From assembly GCA_010093815.1 (NCBI GenBank), contig ML996566.1: 64,000 nt of DNA. One strand, 5' to 3'. The position numbers and the translations under genes were made by a program. Numbering within the stretch: position 1 is the first letter of the stretch; every line of letters begins with the position of its first letter. Positions 44,525 to 54,719 of the stretch are shown here, piece after piece. A model generated the notes under the pieces. The model ran no database searches, was not told the DNA's origin, and saw only the letters and a list, made by a program, of their open reading frames with translations. The stretch is from Pseudovirgaria hyperparasitica (lineage: Eukaryota).

Positions 44525-46882
44525 ATGAGCTCTTTCGAGTATGACAAGCTCAGTCACCCGGATAATATTCGTCTTCTCTCCATTGCTCCTGCGTCTTCAC
44601 TCTCGCCACTCGTCTGTTGGTTGGAAGAGGTGCCATTGGCGAATTGCCCCGACTATACCGCCCTGTCGTACTCCTGGGACAAGAACACCTCCTGGAAGCG
44701 GAATATTTATAGCATTTGCTGTGCCTTGCTCAGTATCGTTCCCTGTTGTCGCTGTATGGGGTATGCCAGTCAACCAAAATTCAGACAGTACCATATAATT
44801 TGCAATAGACGAAGCATTCCCATCACCCGCAATCTCTATGAATGTCTATTACAATTGCGCGAATCAAAGTTCACTGGCAAGATTTGGATCGATGCAATTT
44901 GTGTCAACCAAAGAGACATCCCAGAGAGGAATTCGCAAGTCCTCCATATGCCTACAGTCTATACGTCTGCCCAACGCGTGATCGCTTGGCTCGGCAGCTG
45001 TCCGTCGCCACTCGATGATGTCAAGATCATGGGATCCGTCTTTCGACCAAGGATTGACTTCCAGTCTGACGAGTTCCAGACTTGGGTTGCGGAGAAGCGG
45101 CCATTGACATTTTCGCGCGTAGCCTTGCTGCGACACTTCTCCAGAGTGCACTTATTCGGCCGACGATATTTTCAAAGAGCTTGGATCATCCAAGAAATAC
45201 TGTTGGCTAGGGATATAACATTTGTCATAGGGAGGCACGAATTTAGCACAGACCAGCTCATAGCGGCTGCGAATCGTCTTGATGAACGTAACCGTATACC
45301 CGTCCAGTCAGCCTTCCAAATGATACTCAGTCTACAGAATGCATCTACCACTGGGACTCGGGCAATTTTGAGTGAGCGAGTCGATTTTCAAGTGAAAGGA
45401 ACTTGGCGGTGGCAAGACTATGTTGCAGCAGCTCATGGACACAATGCGACAGATACACGTGATCTGGTCTATGCCGGTCTCAGTCTCGTGCTTAGTCGAG
45501 ATGACAAACATACATCTCCTGCAAGTACTTCCCCAATACGTTTATCATTAGATAATGATACGGGACGTGAATTTCGCATCGACTACTCCCCGGAGGTAGA
45601 TATAGAGGATGTCTTTATACATTGTGCCACCAGACTTCTTGAGGAATGTGGGCTGTACGCCTTGTCTCTTGCGTACAAATCGTCCAGGGTTGTTTCAACG
45701 AGTACCTTGCCAACCTGGGTCCCTCATTTTCAGGGGCGACAAAAATGCTTACCGTTCCGGAACGAGCTAGGCCACATATTTGGTGCAGGTGGCAATACTA
45801 TCCCAAAAGTTCGTATAGCACATCGCGAAAAACTACTATATCTTGAGACGGGCGCAGTTCATTTAGGTCATATTACGGACATCCACAAGAACGTCGATTG
45901 GAGAGCAATTGTTGTGCTCTTGAAAGCCCGACCTGGCTTCAATGATCGAGACGGACTGTCAACGCTTGAGGTGCTCGCCAGAACCATTCTTGCAGACACT
46001 CTGGAGGGGGAGACACCTGCCCCTCGCCATGTGATTGACGACCTTGTTACCTACGTCCGCTCAGGAATCAGGAACAGTTCATCATCTTTTCTAGGCTCAA
46101 ACGTCTTTATACCCAAGAAATGGGCAGAGGAAGAAGCTGCCAAAAAGCTAGAGAATGCCCAGAAGTGGTCGAGCGACTTCGAGGCAGCTTTGATAAAGAA
46201 TAATCACGTGATACCTGGCGCGCCTGCACTGGAGAATAACATCTCGGTCCAGTCCAACGGGGGGTCTTCTTACCAGCCCAAGGCAGGAGCGAGGTCTGAG
46301 GAGAATCTGAATCAAGAGAAGCAGAGCGACGCTCACACTAACCACCCCATCTCGAGCGATGCACCAGTCCGAGATGTCACCAAACCAGAAAAGTCAGAAG
46401 TGCCCTTCCCCGCCGGCCTCAGCCTGTCAGACGCCCAAAGAGGCGACGCAGCATGGATGACGGCGGTCTCACAACTCAGTGAAGAACAACTCGAAATCTA
46501 CTTCCAGAACAATCCTCTCCTAAAGAGCGTCTTCCTTCGCAAACCGAAGTACGCGCGCAACCTTGACCAGCGATGCCGCCATCGCTGTCTCTTCGTCACA
46601 GATACGGGCTATATCGGCATCGGCCCTGCCGATCTAGCTGAAGGATTTTCGATCATGGTCATGCCCGGTGGGTATGTGCCGTTCGCGATGGCCGCGTCCA
46701 GAGAGATTAAAAATGAGAAGAAGTTTGTAGATACGGAGGACCCAAAAGGGGAGGAAGACCGGGCGAGGCGAGAGGGCACGGTTGTATATGAGTTGAGGGG
46801 TGAGGTGTATGTGCATGGAGTTATGCATGGAGAGACAGTGGGAGGTAAGGAATGGGATCCAAAACCGATTGTTATTGCTTGA
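44525..46882 (+). CDS. Heterokaryon-incompatibility (HET domain, HET-6-like) protein, 785 aa
   Basis: IRLL, YTALSYSW, IWIDAICVNQRDIPERNSQVLHM..VY..AQRVIAWLG, YFQRAWIIQEILLA, ATDTRDLVYA, LPTWVP, LFVTDTGYIGIGP, GEVYVHGVMHGE. Confidence 0.93.
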   Translation: MSSFEYDKLSHPDNIRLLSIAPASSLSPLVCWLEEVPLANCPDYTALSYSWDKNTSWKRNIYSICCALLSIVPCCRCMGYASQPKFRQYHIICNRRSIPITRNLYECLLQLRESKFTGKIWIDAICVNQRDIPERNSQVLHMPTVYTSAQRVIAWLGSCPSPLDDVKIMGSVFRPRIDFQSDEFQTWVAEKRPLTFSRVALLRHFSRVHLFGRRYFQRAWIIQEILLARDITFVIGRHEFSTDQLIAAANRLDERNRIPVQSAFQMILSLQNASTTGTRAILSERVDFQVKGTWRWQDYVAAAHGHNATDTRDLVYAGLSLVLSRDDKHTSPASTSPIRLSLDNDTGREFRIDYSPEVDIEDVFIHCATRLLEECGLYALSLAYKSSRVVSTSTLPTWVPHFQGRQKCLPFRNELGHIFGAGGNTIPKVRIAHREKLLYLETGAVHLGHITDIHKNVDWRAIVVLLKARPGFNDRDGLSTLEVLARTILADTLEGETPAPRHVIDDLVTYVRSGIRNSSSSFLGSNVFIPKKWAEEEAAKKLENAQKWSSDFEAALIKNNHVIPGAPALENNISVQSNGGSSYQPKAGARSEENLNQEKQSDAHTNHPISSDAPVRDVTKPEKSEVPFPAGLSLSDAQRGDAAWMTAVSQLSEEQLEIYFQNNPLLKSVFLRKPKYARNLDQRCRHRCLFVTDTGYIGIGPADLAEGFSIMVMPGGYVPFAMAASREIKNEKKFVDTEDPKGEEDRARREGTVVYELRGEVYVHGVMHGETVGGKEWDPKPIVIA

Positions 46883-47986
46883 TAGGATTCGCTATCGATG
46901 TCTGTATCTGATCTTGAGTTAGCATATCATAGCATTATTCACTGACTTAATTCTTTTGTCTGGTGCGAGGCGATCTTCATTGCTCCAAGTATGCCATATT
47001 GTCCGATATCAGGTCAGGGAAGAAAGATGTACATCTACTAGATAGATAAAGGTAACGAACAAACTGATGACTGAGCACTCTATATGCATTTTCAATGACC
47101 AAAAGGCACAGCATCATTTGACAGAACTCGATTAAAAGCTCAGCGAGCGCTATAGACCCTACAATAGGATCATGAATAGCTTGATACACTCATTTTTCAC
47201 GCATGCTACGGCTCGGAAGTACAAACTATTATACCATATCAAACGGTTCGGATCAGAGCGTGGAACTCTGGAAAAAGACCACGGTATGCCGGCATAGCAC
47301 CTGCTTCCAACTAGCTTCTCTTCTGAATACATAATTCGTGTGAGGAATCGATGTTGAGAGACTATGCTACGGAGGTGTCGAAGGCTCTGGGAGGATTCGT
47401 ATCGTAAAGAGACAGCTGTCTGGAAGAATGAATAGGTGTAGGGTATCTTCATAAATGTGTTAGTGAGAGCTCATAGCTGGACTCCTCACCTTGTAGCTTG
47501 CTATGTGGTTTGACTGGGAGCAAGCATTATTGAAATACTCAAGAGCAGATCAGCACGAGTGTTCTGTGAGAGTCCGAGCTTGAATTCTACCGGAGAGCCC
47601 GCAGGTGATGAGCTAGCATCGCGACCTGGCTTGTACCTATAGATGCGCAGACGAGTGGGATGTTTACAAGAGGGTAGGACTTTGGATGTAGATGGCTATT
47701 GTGACTGGCTGTTCAGTTCGTTGGGGCTCCTGTGATTGTTTATTTGTCTGTAGCACTACACGTACAGTGGGAAGGAACTTCTTTTCATGTAAGAATTTCT
47801 TAACGATCGTGACTGCTACGAGTTTGATGCTACCTTCTATGCACGGATTTTTGTCGTTCAATGAACGCAGAAGGCGAGACTATGTACAGGAGTGCTGGCT
47901 GTGATGGAGATGCGTCTGCTGCCTGACCTTTATTCGAAGAACTGTGAATGAAGTATTTGATGAAATTCAATGTATTGTAAAGTGTA

Positions 47987-47998
47987 GGTTATGAGCCC
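47987..47998 (+). other. Retrotransposon primer-binding site (copia/Ty5 type)
   Basis: GGTTATGAGCCC matches the PBS type that pairs with the anticodon-stem region of initiator tRNA-Met. It lies about 290 nt upstream of a copia gag ORF. Confidence 0.65.
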
Positions 47999-48274
47999 GG
48001 CTCTTCACTGTAATAGCCTTCCAGAGCCTCATTCTCCTTTTATATTGATGAAAAACCCCATACTTTGATGAAAACAAACCTCATCAAGTTTTTACTTCAA
48101 TTCCATCAACTCCCTTCCGCTGCATCGTTCCCTTGATCCTTTGCACAGTCCTCTCGGTCCTCTCGACCCTCTCGCCCTCACTGCCTTCAATACGAATAAG
48201 CAATAAGAAAGAGAAAGAGTCGGAGCCAGAAAAGGTCCCGCACAAAGAAAGAGAAGGCAAAACTCGAGAATACG

Positions 48275-48660
48275 TTGATAACAAACCTCATGATGTCTAT
48301 CAACTTCAAGCTCGATCCTTCCTCTCTCCCCAAGCTATCTTCACGAGGCAAGAATTTTCCTGAATGGAGATCAGCATGGACAATTGCATTTAAGTATGCA
48401 CAATTGTGGCCAGTTGTCTCTGGCAGGATTATAAGACCTTTCGGTGCTGGCATCACAGAATTACATGCAGATGTGTTGGACTGGGATGCAAAAGACAATA
48501 AAGCAATGATCATGTTGCTTTCGTCTATACATCAAGACCTAGTAATAGGTCTCACGTCCTGCGACACAGCAGCTGCAGCCTGGACATACCTGTCATCACG
48601 ATTTGATCGTGATACAGGTAATTCCTCGATACATCTCTTCATTCACAGTTCTTCGAATAA
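48275..48660 (+). mobile_element. Truncated Ty1/copia gag fragment
   Basis: LPKLSSRGKNFPEWRSAWTIAFKYAQLWPVVSG...WDAKDNKAMIMLLSSI...SCDTAAAAWTYLSSRF matches the copia gag (UBN2-type) pattern. Similarity ends at about 48640 and I recognised no pol downstream. Confidence 0.8.
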
Positions 48661-48828
48661 CCTTCAAGCTCGGAGGCACCGGAACGGTCTACACGGGATG
48701 ATTTGGCTGCCTTCCATGGTTAACAGCAACGATACATTTTCAGTCATCTTACTGACTGCCTCTGGACGATTTTGTGGCAGCCGAAATTGTGGCAGCTCCA
48801 CACGACGTGTGCAACTGGTAGATGTGGC

Positions 48829-48875
48829 ACTCTGAAGGTGCGCTCTGAAGGTGCGCTCTGAAGATGCGCTCTGAA
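48829..48875. repeat. 13-bp tandem repeat (CTCTGAAGGTGCG), about 3.5 copies
   Basis: ctctgaaggtgcg ctctgaaggtgcg ctctgaagatgcg ctctgaa. Confidence 0.85.
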
Positions 48876-49087
48876 AATTCGAAACGATCCATGGATTCGC
48901 AATATCGACCCGTTACAAACCACGAAGGGCCCATCAGGTATATAAATGGCTGATGTCCTGCTATTTCATGCCCTGCAGCCACTTTTCCATACTCACACAT
49001 CACAAAGTGCACTCTTACTACCAACCTCAATCAACACTACCAACTTCTCCTCTGTCACCATCCTCAACTACTACCGACCCAACCACC

Positions 49088-49400
49088 ATGCTCAACAAGG
49101 CCATCATCGCTGCCAAGCGCATGGTCATCACTGCTCTGCACCGCAGGCAGATCAGGGAGTACTTGGCCGCTGTAGAGCGCGCTGAAAGAGTACAGCAACG
49201 GCTTGCTGAAGCCGCAGATCGCTACTGCGAGGTGTACGGATACGTGCAAAGCACGTATATGACTGAGTACATGCTCATCGATGAGCAGTACCGAGCCGCA
49301 GAGCGGGAGGTCATGGCCTCACGCAAAAAGCTTGAGACTCATCGGTAGGCTTATATTGTCACTGTTCTACGTGCTTGCGCTAACGAGAAATAGCTTGTAG
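49088..49400 (+). CDS. Candidate small helical protein (~87 aa); exons 49088..49344 and 49394..49400
   Basis: TATAAA at 48941, CA-rich leader and CACCATG start. Intron GTAGGC...GCTAAC...TAG. Ala/Glu/Arg-rich helical sequence. Confidence 0.55.
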
Positions 49401-51884
49401 AGGCTTCATTTCGGTGGGTTTGGCCTGCTGGGAAGGCCGGAGAAGGCTCCAAGGGCAGCGGGTTATCTTTTATTTTCGGGGTGCTGGCGTTTTGGGTGGA
49501 TGGCTTCTAGATGAACCGAATAGAATTCTTTCAACACACATCGTCTCCTTATTGACTGTCCATTTATGATTCTCAACGTTTCCATATTTTAGTGATGTTG
49601 TGATTTCTACAGCCAATTCCATAAACTGTAGTTCCTCATGCTCTCGAGGCTCTAATGTGGCATAGACATAGAGTGCTGAGACGACTCAACTGGACTAGAT
49701 AGCACTTATGGAACAGGGTCAATTGAAGAGCACGCGACTCGCTTGCTTGAGGTAGAAGGATCATGTTTGGCATATTTGCCAGACCATAAGCCTGCTTGTA
49801 TTAGGACGCATACTCGACATCTGTAGGGGCATTTGAACGTTCTGTTGGTGCTTTCAGACTTCAGAAAAGAACGTAGGTAGAATGATACGAATTGGCTCGA
49901 TACATCAAAAAGGGGTTGATACGGCGGGCCAAAAAGCACAATGGTGCAGTTTTCCTGCCATCCAAGTAACTACTGAAATGATGGAACATTATATCTCCGC
50001 CCCTTTCAACCATCTTACAGCACTGCTTCATTCGCCAATAATATCGCCTATCGTGTGCGTCCACCACCTACACATCTCAATATACTCGAAACTACTTTTT
50101 TTCTCAATGGTTACAATTGATGTTCACGTTAGGAAAATACGAAGATCATAGAGGCTAGTTTCAGAGGAGGTCCTACTAACCATTACATCCCATCTGAAGA
50201 TAGTCTGCATAGCCTGTGAGCCGTTATAAGTGCAACAATAGAACATGAGGCCTTTTGCTTGCCAGGACATTCAACATTTTTGATTGTGGAAGTTGTGAGA
50301 TTTGCAGTGGTAGGACTTGAATTCAGGTTGGTATCAACTACTCAGGTGCATACTTGGCTACGTGGCTCCTTCTAGGTATCTCGCCTAGCAACGCTCGCCC
50401 TTTCCAGCTTAGGGGGATCAATGTATTTCTCTGTATTTTCGAATCACGCCTAGCGACAAATTGTTTGCGGACTTGAGGTTAAGTCTGTCACATCTCAATC
50501 GATCCTGACCACGCCCGGATGTTTGCGCAAATTCGTGTTATCTTCTTTTATGCTCGTGCTCCTTTTCTACAGCCTAGGCCTCCTACTCCTAGCCTACAAT
50601 ACAGATCCTTTCCACCGCATTCCGAGCTTTGTGCTCCGCCTATAGCCGCCCCTCGTCTATAAGTACCACCTCCCCCTCCACTTCCCCCTACCCTAAATCA
50701 CAAGGAGCACTACAGAGATAGCCAATAGTGCTGGAAGAGCTTGGATCACGAAGGCATTCTTCTCTCATGATTATCGCTAGGTCTATAAGAGCCTACAAGG
50801 CCTATGCATGTATAGAGATGCTGAAAGTCGCCTTGTCCCATACATCCATGGTCTTTGGATTCCGGAATTCGATGGAAGCTAGCAGGTACCTTTGGCTGCC
50901 CCGAGAGCACAACCCCTCGAAGTATGCCCGGCAGCACTGGATCATTGTCGCCTCACCGTACCCTGGAACCGTACACCAAGCAACGATGGGCAAGCTCATG
51001 CCTCTCTCACCGGAACCTCGCGGGGCTTTGTCCAGTTCGCGACCAGACTGGCTTACTTTTGGCATCGGAACAAAAGAGGCAGTTCACGTGGCCAAAGAAC
51101 AAAGAACTGACATATCAAGGGCAAGAGAGGACAAACCGATGCTGGTGTCCAGACTAAGAAGCAGAAAATACATTGCAGGGTGTGATTGACTTTTCTCTTA
51201 TCTAGCTCGACTTCTTGAACATTCACTCCGTGTACTGGACCAATCTAGGCCATTCCCACTGAAGTCAAGTTCTGGCTTGCCTGATCTTAGTTTGCAAATT
51301 TTGCACCCCCTTACCGCTTCTGATCCTTGCGAGACTCGCCGCCAACTTCCGAATCGCTGTTGCTCAACACCTAAAACGATTCCGGATTGGGCGCTGCGGT
51401 AGAGTCTACTCTTCCAGCACTGTCCGGTGCGGCTCCTTGGCTCGTTATAAGTCGGTTCTCATGTGTCCACCAGTACAAAAAGGGAAACACCCAAACTTAC
51501 CGGCATGGACGGATGCTACAAAGCTGGTGTCTAAGCTGTTTTCGTCTCCTCTATGAGTAATATCGAACGTATCCAGCAGACTGAACCGTGGATTCCTCTC
51601 TCCAACCATCAAAATCTGGTCACATCATGCTGAAAGAATACAAGCTAGTCGCCGCTTGTCGACTGAATTCCCAGCTTTCCACTGTCGTCGTCTGGAATCG
51701 GTAAGAGTTCAGAATTCGATTTTTCGATGGCTAGCGCAGTTTCTCCAGGCATAAATAGCCCGCACTCCCCTTCTTTTCTCTCTTCTTCATACACGAAAGC
51801 TTTTGGGATTACATAAGCACAAGCTTTTTAATCGTTCACACACTTTCAAAACAACTTCTAACAAATCATCAAAGTCTTTTTAAA

Positions 51885-52061
51885 ATGCAAACTTCAAACG
51901 CCAAGTTTGCTCCGGGCTACGGCCCGGGTTACTTCGTCGACGTCGACGAGGCCATGCACGGCGGGGCATACCGCCTCTACATGGCGAAGGTGGAGGAGAG
52001 GAGAGCGAGAGAGAAGAGATGGAAGAGAGGGTGGTTGTCTAAGCTCTTCTGTTACAGGTGA
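51885..52061 (+). CDS. Candidate microprotein (58 aa), absent from the supplied ORF track
   Basis: MQTSNAKFAPGYGPGYFVDVDEAMHGGAYRLYMAKVEERRAREKRWKRGWLSKLFCYR*. CATAAATA at 51750, a CT/CA-rich leader, AAAATG start context, and GC-rich codons within AT-rich flanks. Confidence 0.45.
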   Translation: MQTSNAKFAPGYGPGYFVDVDEAMHGGAYRLYMAKVEERRAREKRWKRGWLSKLFCYR

Positions 52062-52072
52062 GTGAAGATCTG

Positions 52073-52230
52073 GTGTTTGGGTTTGCATTTTCTGGCGTTT
52101 TGATTTGCATTTTCTGGCGTTTTGATTTGCATTTTTTGGCGTTTTTGATATGCATTTTTTGGCGTTTGGGTTTGCTTTCTTTTCTTTCTGGCGGTTTGGG
52201 TTTGCTTTCTTTGCTTTTTGGCGTTTGGGG
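52073..52230. repeat. Degenerate ~21-28 bp minisatellite (TTTGCATTTTYTGGCGTTTTGA-like), about 6-7 copies
   Basis: Repeated tttgcatttt(c/t)tggcgttt units. Confidence 0.8.
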
Positions 52231-52541
52231 GGAGCATCCCAAGTCCATCTGCAGGGGGTCCACGTCCCGATGCTCGGTAACCCTACAACGGGGCTGACTG
52301 CTGCAGCTCTGGCATCACCAGGTCTTGTTGGTGTTTTCTCGTTGTCATGTTAGGTATCATTCGTTCTCACTTGGGTATCTCTATCTATCTTCTAGGTGTC
52401 TCAATGTCTCTTCGGAGTCATATTACTCTTGCCGATACGCTGATTGATTGCTATCGTTGCTTTACCCTGCCCTCATCATGTACATAACCCGCGATGCGCA
52501 TATCTGAGTCAAATTGTCGCGATCTCTTCACTTCTTAACCT

Positions 52542-52622
52542 CTACCCTTTTCCAACCCTACCCTTCTCCAACCCTACCCTTCTCCAACCCTACCCTCTAC
52601 CTATACCCTTGACCTATACCCT
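52542..52622. repeat. 16-bp tandem repeat (CCAACCCTACCCTTCT), about 3 copies plus a degenerate tail
   Basis: tccaaccctacccttc tccaaccctacccttc tccaaccctaccctc. Confidence 0.75.
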
Positions 52623-54719
52623 TGTAGATCTATGTTGCTTTTAAATTATGTAGATATTTAATACTAAGGGAGAATATATATACATTGATTACCGTTGAAA
52701 GATACAACAGCTAGAAAGATTATCATTGCTAGATCAAAAGTGGCCCTCTCTCTTTGATACTAACAAATACAATTAACATACTACTATTTTAGCAGGTTAT
52801 TTTCTGCGCTTGATACTAACGACTATGAGCTCTTAGGAGGATCTAAGGAAGATGCACCACATAGATGCCCGGAACAGGCGCGTACAATACATGTTTCCTT
52901 TAGTCGGCTGTTACTAGCTTTGTTACGAGCAGTAGTCGAACCTGAGCATCGGGCGACTGATCTAGGAACCGGTAAAAAGGAGACTAACAAGCTGACCGAG
53001 TGTCCATTATACATTAATTCATCAATGCCTGGGTCTCGGCGACACTTGAAATTTCGAACAACCATGTTCGTGGACTGAATAAAAGATAATTATTCCATAC
53101 TTCCGATCTTGACTCGCATATATTCATGTATCGTCTGCTTGGGAATAGAGTTGTTAGCTAGTCTTCAATAATCTACGATAAGCCACACCTCTTAACGTAA
53201 GATTTTGATGGGATACTAAAACATTCTCGCTTGGTCAAATTTCTGATGTGAAGCTCATGGTGGCCCAGTATATTCAAATCATAGCGTCTATATGCGTCTG
53301 ACTCAGGATTTGCCTATGCAACATAAATATTTCTAGTTGTAATTGGTTATCGGATTCCAAGTATACTTCCTGACTTCCACGATGGCGGGAGTCTCTTTGC
53401 TTCCGTTATCCATACGAGAGCTTCAGTACTCATTGATAGCCTCTGATACCTTTGTACTCTTATATTAGATTGGTATCAAACAGATCCTATGCCTCTAGTC
53501 AAGTTCTTGTACAATGAATGACGCTCGCTCTGTGCATCGCCAGAATATTTTCGATGTAGCCATTGCCTATGCTATTCGCTTGCGATCCAGTCTGTGATGC
53601 TGCTCTTGTCATATTGCTCCTGCCTGAATATAGCTGATCTACTCAAGTGGTGTACATTCGCATTGAGGGGACTGCTGATTTGCGGCTTCGCGTCGTATTT
53701 TGGGAGCTGGGACATCGTGGCGGACTCGAAGGACATAGAAGGCCAATAAGCACTATCCATCTATACAGGCATCCTATAAGTAAGTGAAACCTCTCATTGA
53801 CTAACTAGAATGAACCCTTCCTGTGTTACTATGATACCGTTGATCATGGGTGTCTGTAATTCGGTTGGACGCGCAAGAAACCGAGGTATCGATGGTCTCG
53901 TAATACAGAACCGAGTCGCTAGAATAGGTTGAGGAAGTCTATGAAGAGTCTATTGCGTATGTAAATTGGGAGAGATATCACTAAGCATCTCTGTAATACA
54001 AGGCAACAAGGCAAGCACTATGGCGGTCTTCCAGCCTGCCCTCCAAGCCCGTCCACCCATGGCGTAGCACAAGAATCGTTATCAGTGCAATTATGGAACA
54101 TATTGAAAACCCTCTAAGCAGTTCTACCCTCAATGGCACACGTGTCTTCATTTTTCAAGTCATATTGCGGCATTTAGCACTTCCACCAGGCTGGACTCTT
54201 GGACCAGGACTACAGCGCTCGTTCAGGTAGCTATTTTCGACCCAAGTCAAGCTGCAGTACTTCAAGACTTCCAGGTACAGTCTAATATAAACTAAATTAC
54301 AGATCAAGTCCTATTTATCGTCCTTCCTAGCTTCGCCCAGGCACGAGTATCGTAGCACAGATACTGTAGCATTGCCATTCGGTCTTACACGATACGATCC
54401 CTACAACGTCAGAAACCTCAGCCAGACTTATGTAGCTAGCGAATAGAATACTCTAAGCGAAACCATGACTCGAGCACTTTGGACTTCTTTTGTCGATTAT
54501 AGAGGAATCGTAGACAGCCTGTGGGCTGCCCTTTTAGCAAGATGGATAAGCTCACAAATGTCTTATGGTTTTGATTACAGCTTAAGATTATGGAGTTGAA
54601 CCGAAAAGTAAAATAGGTGGCGAAAGCATTCAGAGTAACATGGGAACGCTAATAGGACAATTTGGTGAAAATAGCAGCATGGTAGCAGATTCTCTTGCTG
54701 AGTCTACAGATGTTAGTGT

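Noticed and set aside
46977..47189. GSIALAE...HQFVR as a copia RNase H relic
   Set aside because: Spacing does not fit, and it is upstream of and opposite to the gag fragment.
50728..51189. 153-aa ORF
   Set aside because: GTG start, no recognisable domain, and overlapping ORFs of similar weakness on both strands.
52073..52622. Repeat arrays as CRISPR or telomeric repeats
   Set aside because: Head-to-tail degenerate units without unique spacers, eukaryotic context, no cas genes, and not CCCTAA arrays.
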